Under the pieces are notes generated by a model that saw nothing but the letters and a program-made list of their open reading frames with translations, was not told where the DNA came from and did not search any database. Shown piece by piece: positions 36,683 through 45,947 of a stretch of 64,000 bases of DNA (its first letter is position 1; every line of letters starts with the position of its first letter). The position numbers were made by a program, and so were the translations under genes. Source of the DNA: an uncultured Halobellus sp. (GTDB lineage: Archaea > Halobacteriota > Halobacteria > Halobacteriales > Haloferacaceae); the NCBI GenBank assembly GCA_964556645.1, contig CAZKXC010000002.1:14496-78495 (forward strand), written 5' to 3'.

Positions 36683-37734
36683 GCTCCGTCGTCGACGTCG
36701 CCGTCGAGCCGCTCGACCTGCCGTTGTCGGAGCCGTTCGAGATCTCGCTCGGCGTTCAACACGCCGCCTCGAACGTGCTCGTGACCGTCGAGACGGAGGC
36801 GGGGATCACGGGATACGGCGAGGGCTCGCCGCTCCCGCCGGTGACCGGCGAGACGCAGGAGGCGGCGGTCGCGACGGCCCGGGCGGCCGCCGACGTCGTC
36901 GAGGGACGCGCGGTCGGCGACTACCGACGCATCGTCGACGACCTCCGACACACGTTTCCGGGCGCCGCATCGGCGACGTTCGCCGTCGAGACGGCCGTCC
37001 TCGACGCGTTCTGTCGGGAACGCGAGCTACCGTTCTCGGAGCTGTTCGGCGGCCCGCCGTCGCCCGTCGAGACCGACATGACGATCCCCATCGTCTCGCC
37101 CGAGACCGCCGGCGAACGAGCACAGGCCGCCGTCGACCGAGGGTACGAACACCTCAAGATCAAGACCGGCACCGACGTCGCCGCCGACGTCGAGCGGGTG
37201 GCCGCGGTCGGGACGGTCGCGCCGGACGCGCCGATAACGGTCGACGCCAATCAGGGCTGGACCCCGAAGGAGACGGCGCGGTTCGCCGACCGACTCGCCG
37301 ACCGAGACGTCCGGATAGACCTGATCGAACAACCCGTGCCGGCGAGCGACCTCGCCGGGCTCGCGGACGCCCGCCGCCGCGTCGACGTTCCCGTCGCGGC
37401 CGACGAGGCGGTGTTCACGCCACAGGACGCGGTTCGGGTCGTCCGAAACGACGCGGCCGACGTGATCAACGTCAAACTCGGGAAATCCGGGCCGCTGGCG
37501 GCCGCCGACATCGCCGCGATCGCGAGGGGTGCGGACCTCGATCTCATGGTCGGGTGTATGCTGGAGAGCGCGATCGGCATTCACGCCAGCGCGCACGTCG
37601 TCGCCGGCAGCGGCGCGTTCTCGTACGTCGATCTCGACGGGAACCGGCTGCTCGCCGCGGACGTCGTCGATCTCGACGACGGTCCGGTCCACGAGATCGC
37701 CGGGCCCGGACACGGCATCACGCCGGAGCGTTGA
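36679..37734 (+). CDS. Dipeptide epimerase / N-acetyl-D-amino-acid racemase (AEE/DgcA-like)
   Basis: PFEISLG, KIK, DANQGW, EQP, DE, NVKLGK, GCMLES and the DxD motif (VDLDG). ATGA overlap with DUF1611. Confidence 0.88.
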   Translation: MSSVVDVAVEPLDLPLSEPFEISLGVQHAASNVLVTVETEAGITGYGEGSPLPPVTGETQEAAVATARAAADVVEGRAVGDYRRIVDDLRHTFPGAASATFAVETAVLDAFCRERELPFSELFGGPPSPVETDMTIPIVSPETAGERAQAAVDRGYEHLKIKTGTDVAADVERVAAVGTVAPDAPITVDANQGWTPKETARFADRLADRDVRIDLIEQPVPASDLAGLADARRRVDVPVAADEAVFTPQDAVRVVRNDAADVINVKLGKSGPLAAADIAAIARGADLDLMVGCMLESAIGIHASAHVVAGSGAFSYVDLDGNRLLAADVVDLDDGPVHEIAGPGHGITPER

Positions 37735-37737
37735 GCC

Positions 37738-39954
37738 CTACAACGTCTCGGCGTTTCGCGCCTGTTCTGCGCGCCGGTCGGCCTGTTTTATCCGGCTGCT
37801 CGCCGCGTTCGAGAGCCCGGGCGGCAGGTCGTTTCTGGCCGCCTCGAGCCGGTCTGTGACCCGTTGGAGCCGCTCGGCGACAACCTCGAGCTGTCGGTCG
37901 GTGTTTCCCGGGTGTCCCTCTCGGGCTCGGGTTCTCGCTCGTTCCGCGGCGTCGACGACGGCCGCGAGCGCGCGCTCGAGCCCGGTGACCGCGTTCGCCG
38001 GACCGCCGGTCGCGTTTCCGCCGCCGGTGGTGTCGCCGTTGCCGTCGCCGTCGTCGTCATCGTCGTCGCCGTCGTCGTCATCGTCCCCGTCGTCGCTCTC
38101 CTCTCCGACCGCCGCGACAGACGCCCGAGTCTCCTCGGCGATGTCGGCGATGAACCCCGCGAGCGGCGCCTTGCCGGTCTCCGGTCTGTCGATCCGGATC
38201 CCCGTGTCGGCGCTCGGGTCCGGGTTGACCCGATACGCGCCGATCTCCCCGTCGCCGTCCCGCACCTCGGCGGCGTAGGCTCCGCCGGCGTGGACGTAGA
38301 CGGCGTCGGACCCCTCCTCTGTCGGCGACTCGTAGATCCGTCCGGCGAAGTCGTCCTCGATGGCCGTGGCGACGACGTCGGCGTCGGCCTCCTCGTCGGT
38401 GAGTTCGAGCTTCGTGGCGTTCGCACGCGCGACGAGCGGGATTTCTCCGTCGACGCCGGCGGCCGTCACGGGGTCGTCGTCGTCGGTCACCGACAGCCGC
38501 TCGCTGTGTGGCTCCCGGCCCGCGCCGTTGAGCGTGAGCCGGTGGTCGCCGGATTCGACGCCCTGGACGACGGCGACGCCGCCGAACGTCGGCACCGCCT
38601 CGGGGTCGCTCTCGAGGAGCGCGACCGACTCGACCCCGGCGTCGACCGTGGTCAGCCCCTCGTTCTCGGGGGCGTCGTCGCTCGTCGTCGCCTCCGTCAC
38701 CCGCGCGACGATCGTGTTCACCGGCGCTGGCGCGCCGATGGCGTCGTAGCGGTCGGCCAGCTCTCCCCGGTGGTTCGGCGCGGTGATGTCGGCGGCCGGG
38801 TTGTCGTACCGGGGCTGCTCCCACGGCACTCCCGTGGTCGTGAGGTGGCCGGCGACCGCGTCCTCGGCGACCGCGGGGACCGCGAACTCGAAGCTCAGCT
38901 GTGGCCCGACGAAGGCGTCGATCCCTTCGAGCTCGGCGCTGTCGACGAGGTCGTAGGCGACGGTGTCGTCGCCGGCCGCGCCGTCTCCGTTCTCGACGCG
39001 GTCGACGTGTTCGAACGTGATTCCCGTCTCGCGCAGCGGCAGGTCGGTCGGCGGCGAGCGCACCTCGGCGAGCGAGCGGACGGTGAGGGCGTCGTCGACC
39101 AGCGATGCCCGATCGACCGCGGGGAGCCGGTCGTGGTCGTATATCGGCTCGCCCTCGAACTCCGGCACGACGAACGGGAGCCGCGCGCCCTCGTCGCGAG
39201 GGAGCCCGTACGCGAGCGGCACGTCGGTGAGGTCCTCGATGCCGTCGATGGCCGTGTTCGTGATGTCGGCGAGCAGCCCGTCGGTGCTCACGCGCTGGAA
39301 GTGGTCGGCGACGTCGTTGACAGACAGCGTCGAGGAGTGCGAGCCGAGCTCCGGGAGCACCCGCGGAACGACGTCGGGATCGGGGTCGAGAAACTCGTTG
39401 TTGGGGACGCGCCGCGAGTGTGAGCTGGCGACGAACAGCTGTGGCTCGTCGGTCTCGAGGTCGACGAACGCGTGAAGCACCTCCCAGTCGTGCCAGTGGA
39501 AGTTGGCGGTGAACTGGTCGAACGCGGAGTACAGCCAGAACTGGACGACCCCGAGCGAGGACCCCTCGTACGTGACGCCGTGGTAGAACACCGTCGGATT
39601 CGGCGGCGCGGGCGGCTGCTCCGGGTCGCCCGCGGTCCCCTCGATTCGCTCGTGGTAGCCGTTCATCGCGTCGAACCCGTCGACGACCGTCTCGCCGTCG
39701 CGGTCCGTGGCGTACGGCCGCGGGTCCGTCGGGAACCACGGCTCGTGGACGTCGAAGTACAACGCCGGGGCGAACCGGACCGCGAGCTCGCGGACCCGCT
39801 CGTCGTCCATCCCGGTCGTCCCCCCATCCTCCTCGCGCTCGACGGCCGAACAGCCGGCGAGAGAGGCGGCGCCGACGCCCGCGACGGCCCCGAGAAGCGT
39901 CCGTCGACCGACGCCCGACGACGTCTCCGGCTCGGTCGTCGACTCCTCAGTCAT
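37738..39954 (-). CDS. Large Tat lipoprotein of unknown function (NPP1/Vps62-like N-terminal domain)
   Basis: GRRTLLG...SLAGC; RFAPALYF, QFWLY, NFHWHDWE, SSH; acidic linker and helical C-terminus. Confidence 0.8.
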   Translation of the reverse strand: MTEESTTEPETSSGVGRRTLLGAVAGVGAASLAGCSAVEREEDGGTTGMDDERVRELAVRFAPALYFDVHEPWFPTDPRPYATDRDGETVVDGFDAMNGYHERIEGTAGDPEQPPAPPNPTVFYHGVTYEGSSLGVVQFWLYSAFDQFTANFHWHDWEVLHAFVDLETDEPQLFVASSHSRRVPNNEFLDPDPDVVPRVLPELGSHSSTLSVNDVADHFQRVSTDGLLADITNTAIDGIEDLTDVPLAYGLPRDEGARLPFVVPEFEGEPIYDHDRLPAVDRASLVDDALTVRSLAEVRSPPTDLPLRETGITFEHVDRVENGDGAAGDDTVAYDLVDSAELEGIDAFVGPQLSFEFAVPAVAEDAVAGHLTTTGVPWEQPRYDNPAADITAPNHRGELADRYDAIGAPAPVNTIVARVTEATTSDDAPENEGLTTVDAGVESVALLESDPEAVPTFGGVAVVQGVESGDHRLTLNGAGREPHSERLSVTDDDDPVTAAGVDGEIPLVARANATKLELTDEEADADVVATAIEDDFAGRIYESPTEEGSDAVYVHAGGAYAAEVRDGDGEIGAYRVNPDPSADTGIRIDRPETGKAPLAGFIADIAEETRASVAAVGEESDDGDDDDDGDDDDDDGDGNGDTTGGGNATGGPANAVTGLERALAAVVDAAERARTRAREGHPGNTDRQLEVVAERLQRVTDRLEAARNDLPPGLSNAASSRIKQADRRAEQARNAETL
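38044..38085. repeat. Perfect 2 x 21-bp in-frame tandem duplication (poly-Asp linker)
   Basis: GTCGCCGTCGTCGTCATCGTC at 38044-38064 and 38065-38085; encodes DDDDDGD twice on the minus strand. Confidence 0.85.
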
Positions 39955-40100
39955 GGACCGACTCTGTACTGGTCCACGCGCGTCGGCTGGTTCTCGGCCG
40001 GGTCGATCGCAGAGCCATTGCGTTCGGACACCGACACAGAACGGAATAAGCCTTCTGACCCCCGCGAAAGGTATTTGCGCGCGGAGTCGCCATCTCGGGT

Positions 40101-40493
40101 ATGGCGTGGAAGCGGGTCCTCTACTACGGCGTCATCGCGCTCGGAGCGTTGTTCGTCGTCAGCGTCGTGGTGTCCGTCATTTCGACCATCCTGAGCCTGG
40201 CGTGGGCGGCCGTCTCCGCCGCGGTCTCGCTCGCGGTCCTCCTCGGCGTCGTCTACGTCGCCTACAGGGCCGTCTCGTGGTTCTCCGACGGCGCCGACAC
40301 TGCCGACACCGCCGACCGCACCGGACGACCCGAGACGACGGCCGACGAGAGCCCGGCCGACAGACAGGACCGCCTCCGACGACAGTACGTCGAGGGTCAG
40401 ATCAGCGAGGCGGAGTTCGAGCGCCGGATCGCCCGCGAGCTCGAGGCCGAGGACCACGGCGACATCGAACGAGCACTCGAACGCGAGCGTTAG
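40101..40493 (+). CDS. SHOCT-domain membrane protein
   Basis: Two N-terminal TM segments; C-terminal LRRQYVEGQISEAEFERR. Confidence 0.85.
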   Translation: MAWKRVLYYGVIALGALFVVSVVVSVISTILSLAWAAVSAAVSLAVLLGVVYVAYRAVSWFSDGADTADTADRTGRPETTADESPADRQDRLRRQYVEGQISEAEFERRIARELEAEDHGDIERALERER

Positions 40494-40837
40494 AACCGGT
40501 CTCGAAGCTCCGCACGGAGGTCCGCGAGCCCGACGTCGTTCATCGACAACACCACGAGCAGGTGATAGACCAGGTCGGCGCTCTCGCCCGCGAGCGCTTC
40601 GGTGTCGCCGTCTTTGGCCGCCAGAATCGCCTCCGTCGACTCCTCGCCGACCTTTTCTAACGCCGCGTTGTCGCCCTTCTCGTGGGTGAACAACGAGGCG
40701 GTGTACGACCCCTCGGGGAGCTCCCGCTTGCGCGACTCGATCGTCGCGAACAGCTCGTCGAGCACCGCGTCGTCCGGGACGTCCCCGTCTGCCGCTCCGT
40801 GACCGTCTCCGGCCGTCTCGTCTCCGTCGCCGCTCAC
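40490..40837 (-). CDS. hisE: Phosphoribosyl-ATP diphosphatase
   Basis: LFATIESRK...GSYTASLF, KVGEESTE, ESADLVYHLLV. GTG start overlaps the pdxT stop. Confidence 0.93.
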   Translation of the reverse strand: MSGDGDETAGDGHGAADGDVPDDAVLDELFATIESRKRELPEGSYTASLFTHEKGDNAALEKVGEESTEAILAAKDGDTEALAGESADLVYHLLVVLSMNDVGLADLRAELRDRF

Positions 40838-41427
40838 GCGACCACCCGGCTGTCGGGGAAGAACGCCAGGTCGTGGATCCGCGAGTCCTCGGTGAGTTCG
40901 GGGTGGAACGAGGTGGCCACCACGGGGCCGTCGCGCACCGCGACCGGCCGGCCGTCGACCGTCGCGAGCGTCTCGACGCCGTCGCCGACGTCGTCGATGG
41001 CCGGCGCCCGGATGAACACCGCGTGGAACGGCTCCTCGAGCTCCGCGACGGGCACCTTCGCCTCGAAGGAGTCCTTTTGTCTGCCGAACGCGTTGCGGTC
41101 GACGGAGACGTCGACCACGCCGAGCGCGTCGACACGGTCGTCTTTGGCGTCGCGCGAGCAGACGATGAGCCCGGCACACGTCGCGAGGACGGGTTTGCCC
41201 GCCCGGACGTGGTCGCGGATCTCCTCGGCTATCCCCTCGCGGTGGATCAGCCGCGATATCGTGGTCGATTCTCCGCCCGGCATGAGGAGGACGTCGCAGT
41301 CGGGGACGATCCCGGAGTCCCGGATCGTGACGACCTCTGCGGGCTCGTCGTGGGCGGCCGCGGCGCGGCGAACCGCCTCGGCGTGTTCGGCCACGTCGCC
41401 TTGGACCGCGATGACGCCAGCTTTCAT
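40834..41427 (-). CDS. pdxT: PLP synthase glutaminase subunit
   Basis: GVIAVQGDVAEH, PGGESTT, TCAG, RNAFGRQKDSFE, FIRAP, FHPE. Confidence 0.96.
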   Translation of the reverse strand: MKAGVIAVQGDVAEHAEAVRRAAAAHDEPAEVVTIRDSGIVPDCDVLLMPGGESTTISRLIHREGIAEEIRDHVRAGKPVLATCAGLIVCSRDAKDDRVDALGVVDVSVDRNAFGRQKDSFEAKVPVAELEEPFHAVFIRAPAIDDVGDGVETLATVDGRPVAVRDGPVVATSFHPELTEDSRIHDLAFFPDSRVVA

Positions 41428-41495
41428 ACGCCCACTGTGGGCGGGATCGTCAAAAATGGCGCGCTGCCGGCCAGAACGGGCGAGTCCCCTGCGGC

Positions 41496-42161
41496 TCAGT
41501 AGACGACGAGCGCGAGATACAGCTGGCCGACCCCCGCGAGCACCATCACCGCCCCGGCGAGCCGTTTTAGTTGCCCCGAGTACGCCGCCAGTCGGCCGGC
41601 GTTCGTGAGCAGCCCCATCCCGGTCGCGACCGTCGTGGCGACGAGCAGCGCGGCGACGACCCCCGCGTACGTCACCACCACGACCGCCGCCGCGTCGGCC
41701 GGCAGCGCGATCGACCGAGCGATCACGGCGAGAAAGATCGGCGCGACACAGCCGGCCCCGGCCAGCGCGTATCCGGCGCCGAAGAGTCCGAACCCGAGCA
41801 CGCTCGCTCGTCGCTTCGGAAGCGGAACCGTGACCGACGGCGACCGTCCGGCGACGACGAGCAGCCCGAACACGACGAGCAACCCCCCCACGAGCGACTC
41901 GAAGACGGTGATCTTCGAGAGCGTCGCGTGGCCGACCCGCACGGTCGCGCCCGCGAGCACGCCGAACGTCGCCAGCACGCCGATCCCGGCCGCGATCCCG
42001 CGGATCCCCGCGCCGCCGATCGAGACCTCGTCCGCGTCGGTCTGGTTCACGTAGAACCCCACGTAGCCCGGCAACAACGGGTACGCACACGGCGAGAAGA
42101 ACGTCGCCACGCCGGAGGCGACCGCGAACGAGACGTCCGTCGCGAGCGCCGTCCCGGTCAT
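41496..42161 (-). CDS. ccdA: CcdA/DsbD-like thiol-disulfide membrane transporter
   Basis: FFSPCAYPLLPGY and GCVAP cysteines; about 6 TM. Confidence 0.9.
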   Translation of the reverse strand: MTGTALATDVSFAVASGVATFFSPCAYPLLPGYVGFYVNQTDADEVSIGGAGIRGIAAGIGVLATFGVLAGATVRVGHATLSKITVFESLVGGLLVVFGLLVVAGRSPSVTVPLPKRRASVLGFGLFGAGYALAGAGCVAPIFLAVIARSIALPADAAAVVVVTYAGVVAALLVATTVATGMGLLTNAGRLAAYSGQLKRLAGAVMVLAGVGQLYLALVVY

Positions 42162-42182
42162 CTCACCGCCCCACGGGCCGGA

Positions 42183-42725
42183 TCATCGGTCCCGTGCGGT
42201 CTCGATCGCCTCGACGAGCGTGTCGGCGGTGTGGACGCCGCTGTCCGACCAGCGGATCCGGCCGGTGGCGTCGATAGCGATCGCCGCCGGGAACGAGCCG
42301 ACGTCCAGCCGCGAGGTGAGCGCCGCCGTCGGGTCGGCCGCGACGAGCCAGTCGCCGCCGTTGTCGCGCCACCACTCGGCCACCGCCGCCTCGGTCATCG
42401 ACCGGCCGACCGCCTCCGGCGTGACCGACACGAACTGGACCGCGTCGTCGACGCGGTCTGCGGCCTCGCCGAGCGCCGGCATCTGTTCTTCACACGGCGC
42501 ACACCAGGTCGCGAAGACGTCGACGAACGTCGGCCGACCGGGCGCCGGTATCGTCACCTCCCCGTCGCGGCTCCCCGGCGCCGGAATCGTGTCGACCGTG
42601 AGCGGCTCGACCGGCTCGACCGACGAGCCGCCGAGCGCGGTCGGGACGGTCCCCGTCGCCAGGAGCCCGCCGCCGCCGACCACGCCGGCGCTCGCGACCC
42701 CGGCGAGCAGGTGACGGCGGTTCAT
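42183..42725 (-). CDS. TlpA/ResA-like exported thioredoxin
   Basis: Tat signal MNRRHLL; FATWCAPC; cis-Pro motif SFP. Confidence 0.88.
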   Translation of the reverse strand: MNRRHLLAGVASAGVVGGGGLLATGTVPTALGGSSVEPVEPLTVDTIPAPGSRDGEVTIPAPGRPTFVDVFATWCAPCEEQMPALGEAADRVDDAVQFVSVTPEAVGRSMTEAAVAEWWRDNGGDWLVAADPTAALTSRLDVGSFPAAIAIDATGRIRWSDSGVHTADTLVEAIETARDR

Positions 42726-43409
42726 TCAGCCGGTCACCACCCGCTCGACGTCGTTCACGAGCCGCTCGACGTCCGTCTGGGGGCCTCTGGGGTACGCCCG
42801 CTCGACGATTCCCTCCGTGTTCGCGAGGAGGATCAGCCCGTAGTGGGGGAACCGGTACGACAGGTTCTCGTACTCGTCGGCGTCGGCCTTCTCGATGACG
42901 AGTCCGAACTGCTCGTCCAACAGCTCCTGACCCCGTTCGTAGCTCTCCGGCCGGAGGAAGTGCCAGTTGCCGGCCTCGAGGTTCACGCCCTGCTGGTCGG
43001 CGTACTCGCTCAGAACGTCGGCGGTGTCCCGCTCGGGGTCGAACGTGAGCGCGAGAAACGCCGTCTCGTCGCCGTACCCCTTCTCGGCGGCGACCTCCTG
43101 GACGCGCCGGAGCCGGAAGATGAGCGCCGGGCACACGCCGTCCGGACACATCGTGTAAAACGAGGTCCACAGGACGGCCCGCTCGCCCTCGTACGCGGCG
43201 GTCGAAACCGTCTCGCCGGTGATCGGGTCCGGCACCGTGATGTGCGGCAGCTCGTCGCCGTAGCTCGGATGCGACGCCTCGCTCAGGTCCTGGTCGGGAG
43301 GGCCGAGCACCGTCCCCTCCGCGCCGGCGCTTCCCAACACGCCGAGACAGCCGGCGCTGCCGGCGACGGCGGGAACGGCGAGCGACCGCAGGTAGTGACG
43401 GCGATCCAT
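42726..43409 (-). CDS. SCO1/SenC family copper chaperone (Tat lipoprotein)
   Basis: MDRRHYL...SAGC, YTMCPDGVCP, TFDPERDT, W.FL and the conserved His in FPH. Confidence 0.9.
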   Translation of the reverse strand: MDRRHYLRSLAVPAVAGSAGCLGVLGSAGAEGTVLGPPDQDLSEASHPSYGDELPHITVPDPITGETVSTAAYEGERAVLWTSFYTMCPDGVCPALIFRLRRVQEVAAEKGYGDETAFLALTFDPERDTADVLSEYADQQGVNLEAGNWHFLRPESYERGQELLDEQFGLVIEKADADEYENLSYRFPHYGLILLANTEGIVERAYPRGPQTDVERLVNDVERVVTG

Positions 43410-43566
43410 GGTGGAAGGCGGGTTCTCGCGTATAAGTTCGTTTCGTCGATCCCCAGTCGGCGGGGTCGTTCTCCGCGGGCGAATCGTTCGGGTCTCGGTA
43501 TCGGCCTCGGCCGCTCGCCGGCACGCGTGTCGGCCCGAAGCGATCGGGACCAGTCGCGACGCGGCC

Positions 43567-43731
43567 TCAGGCGACGGTCAACGAGAGGACCTGGACGAAC
43601 ACGCCGAAAAGCACACAGAAGGCGATGACCGTCTTCGGGTCGATCGCGATCGCGTTTCGGTCCTGCGAGTCGAAGTACCGAACGAGCCCCGCGCTGGACA
43701 TCAGCCCGCCGGAGTTGCTGCCGCTGCTCAT
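43567..43731 (-). CDS. secG: Preprotein translocase subunit Sec61beta (archaeal SecG), 54 aa, not in the ORF track
   Basis: Hand translation: [54 protein letters not shown]. Confidence 0.93.
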   Translation of the reverse strand: MSSGSNSGGLMSSAGLVRYFDSQDRNAIAIDPKTVIAFCVLFGVFVQVLSLTVA

Positions 43732-43845
43732 ACCCGCGATACCTCACCGCCGCGTGTAAGCGTTTCGTCTCGGGCGAACCCGCCCGGCCGCGTCCGCCGC
43801 GTGAGAAACCCTTATCGGCGAGCCCCTACTACCCGTCGGCGAACC

Positions 43846-44115
43846 ATGACCGTTCGAGTGCTGGATTTCTACGCCGACTGGTGTGGCCCGTGTAAAACGC
43901 AGGACCCGATACTGGAGGAGGTCGAAGACGAACTCGGCGACGCCTTCGAGCTTCAGAAGGTCGACGTCGACGAAGAGCAGGACGTCGCCAACCAGTACCA
44001 GGTGCGCTCGCTGCCGACGCTCATCGTCGAGAACGACGACGGCGTCGTCGACCGGTTCGTCGGCGTCACCCAGAAAGAAGACATCACGGCGGCGATCTCC
44101 GAGGCGGGCGCGTAG
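43846..44115 (+). CDS. trxA: Thioredoxin
   Basis: [16 protein letters not shown]; GAAA..CTTATC promoter at about 43805-43816. Confidence 0.95.
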   Translation: MTVRVLDFYADWCGPCKTQDPILEEVEDELGDAFELQKVDVDEEQDVANQYQVRSLPTLIVENDDGVVDRFVGVTQKEDITAAISEAGA

Positions 44116-44186
44116 CCGCCGCGTCACGCGGGCGTTCTCGGCGGCGTCTCGCAACCTTTTATGCCGGCGGCGTGCTCCCGACGTGT

Positions 44187-44336
44187 ATGGCCAGATTCGA
44201 CGCCGCCGAACGCCGCAACCTCGACCGACAGATCTGCATGCGGTGTAACGCCCGCAACGCGCCGGACGCCGACCGGTGCCGCAAGTGCGGCTACACCAAT
44301 CTCCGTCCGAAGGCGAAAGAACGCCGCGCGACCTGA
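44187..44336 (+). CDS. rpl40e: 50S ribosomal protein L40e, 49 aa, not in the ORF track
   Basis: Hand translation: [49 protein letters not shown]; TTTTAT at 44157-44162. Confidence 0.96.
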   Translation: MARFDAAERRNLDRQICMRCNARNAPDADRCRKCGYTNLRPKAKERRAT

Positions 44337-44431
44337 TCCGACGCCGCTCGGTTCGTGCCGCCCGTCTTCGTTCTCGTTTCGTTCGCGAGCCCGTCGGCCG
44401 TCCCCGGGGTCCACTCCCCTCACGCGTCGAC

Positions 44432-45838
44432 TCAGTCGTCGGTCCCGGACTCTCGTTCTCCGCCGCTGCCGCGTTCCGCCATCATGTCCGCGGCGCGGGG
44501 CGCCCAGCCGGTGTAGTGGAAGCCGGCCGCGACGACGACCGCCATCCACCAGTACGCGAGCCCCACTCCGACGTACGCCCCCGTGGGACCGAGCCCCGCC
44601 GTTCGGCTCAACAGCCAGGAGGCGCCGAGAAAGAGCCCGAACATGCCCGTGACCCGCGCCACCAACGGGATCCGGGTCTCGCTCGCGCCCTGGAGTGACC
44701 CCGACAACGCCGAGAAACAGGCGAGCCCGCCGCCCGCGATTCCGTACACCCGCGCGAAATCGACCGCGTAGCGGGCGGTCTCTGGATCGCCGGTGAACAC
44801 CGAGACGACCCGGGGGGCGGCGCCGATGAGTCCGACCCCGATGCCGCCGATGGTACAGAGCCCGAGCGCGGCGACCGCCCAGCCGTTGAACCGGGCGTCG
44901 CTCGGGTTCCCCGCGCCGAGCGCCTGCCCCACGAGCACCGAGGCGGCGACGTTGTATCCCCGCGAGAGCGGCCCGGTCACCTGCTGGTAGACGCGGCGAC
45001 CGATCTGGAAGCCGGCGTTGACCGCCTCTCCGAACCCGAGCAACAGGGCGTTGAACGGAAACTCCGCGGCCTCCGAGCCGAACCCCTCGGCCACCCGCGG
45101 CGCGCTCACCCGCAGAAGCTGTCGGGTGATCGTGAGATCGCGGGGGCGCGCGAAGTCGGCCTCGGTGTGGGATCCCCAGATCGCCGCACACAACAACGCG
45201 GCCGTGAGGACGTTCGCGCTCGCGGTCGCGAGCCCGACGCCGACGATCTCCAACCGAGGGAGACCGAAGAGGCCGAGCCCGAAGACGGCGGAGCCGACGA
45301 TGTTGACGGAGTTGGCGAGAACGTTGACGTACATCGGGGTGCGGGTGTCGCCGGTTCCCTGTAACGACCGCGCCCCGACGAGCGCGACGTGGCGTGCCGG
45401 CGCGGTCACGAAGACGATCGCGAGGTACGCGGAGCCGAGCGCGACCACCTCCGGCGGGGTCTCCCGGCCGACCAACTGTCCGAACACGTCGATCGCGGCC
45501 TCGCCGAGGAACAACCCGAAGAGCGCGAACGGGATCCCCGCGAGCGCGCCGATCAGGATCGCCTGTGTGACCGCCTCGTCGCGGTTCGCGGTCGCGTCCG
45601 CGCCGGTGTCCTGTGAGGAGAGCGCGATCGCCCCGCCGCCGAGTCCGAGTCCGATCCGCAACGGGAACCGCGCGTACAGGTCCGCGAGCCCGATCGCGAC
45701 GACCGCCGCCGGCGAGAACAACGCGGTGACGATGATGTCGGTCGTCCGCATCGCGGTGCGGAACGTCTGCTCGGCCATCACCGGCCAGGCGAGCGCGAAG
45801 ACGCGCGCCCAGACGCGCCGGAGACGCGGGAGGTCCAT
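44432..45838 (-). CDS. MATE family efflux transporter
   Basis: LAWPVMAEQ, LQGTGDTRTPM, GAS.TRIP; about 12 TM. Confidence 0.92.
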   Translation of the reverse strand: MDLPRLRRVWARVFALAWPVMAEQTFRTAMRTTDIIVTALFSPAAVVAIGLADLYARFPLRIGLGLGGGAIALSSQDTGADATANRDEAVTQAILIGALAGIPFALFGLFLGEAAIDVFGQLVGRETPPEVVALGSAYLAIVFVTAPARHVALVGARSLQGTGDTRTPMYVNVLANSVNIVGSAVFGLGLFGLPRLEIVGVGLATASANVLTAALLCAAIWGSHTEADFARPRDLTITRQLLRVSAPRVAEGFGSEAAEFPFNALLLGFGEAVNAGFQIGRRVYQQVTGPLSRGYNVAASVLVGQALGAGNPSDARFNGWAVAALGLCTIGGIGVGLIGAAPRVVSVFTGDPETARYAVDFARVYGIAGGGLACFSALSGSLQGASETRIPLVARVTGMFGLFLGASWLLSRTAGLGPTGAYVGVGLAYWWMAVVVAAGFHYTGWAPRAADMMAERGSGGERESGTDD

Positions 45839-45947
45839 GCGTTCCGGTGAACGACGGGGGTCGGGTTTTACCTGTCGGAGCCGGGCGGATCGGTCGGGCG
45901 CTCGGCGCCGCCCGAAGGTTGAAACCCGAGACCGACCCAGACGGCTC

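Noticed and set aside
38030-38100. CRISPR-like or VNTR array
   Set aside because: Only two adjacent 21-bp copies, with no spacers, encoding an Asp-rich linker.
41496-42161. Cytochrome c maturation system
   Set aside because: No Ccm, ResB/C or CxxCH protein is in the window. The SCO context points to copper/thiol reduction.
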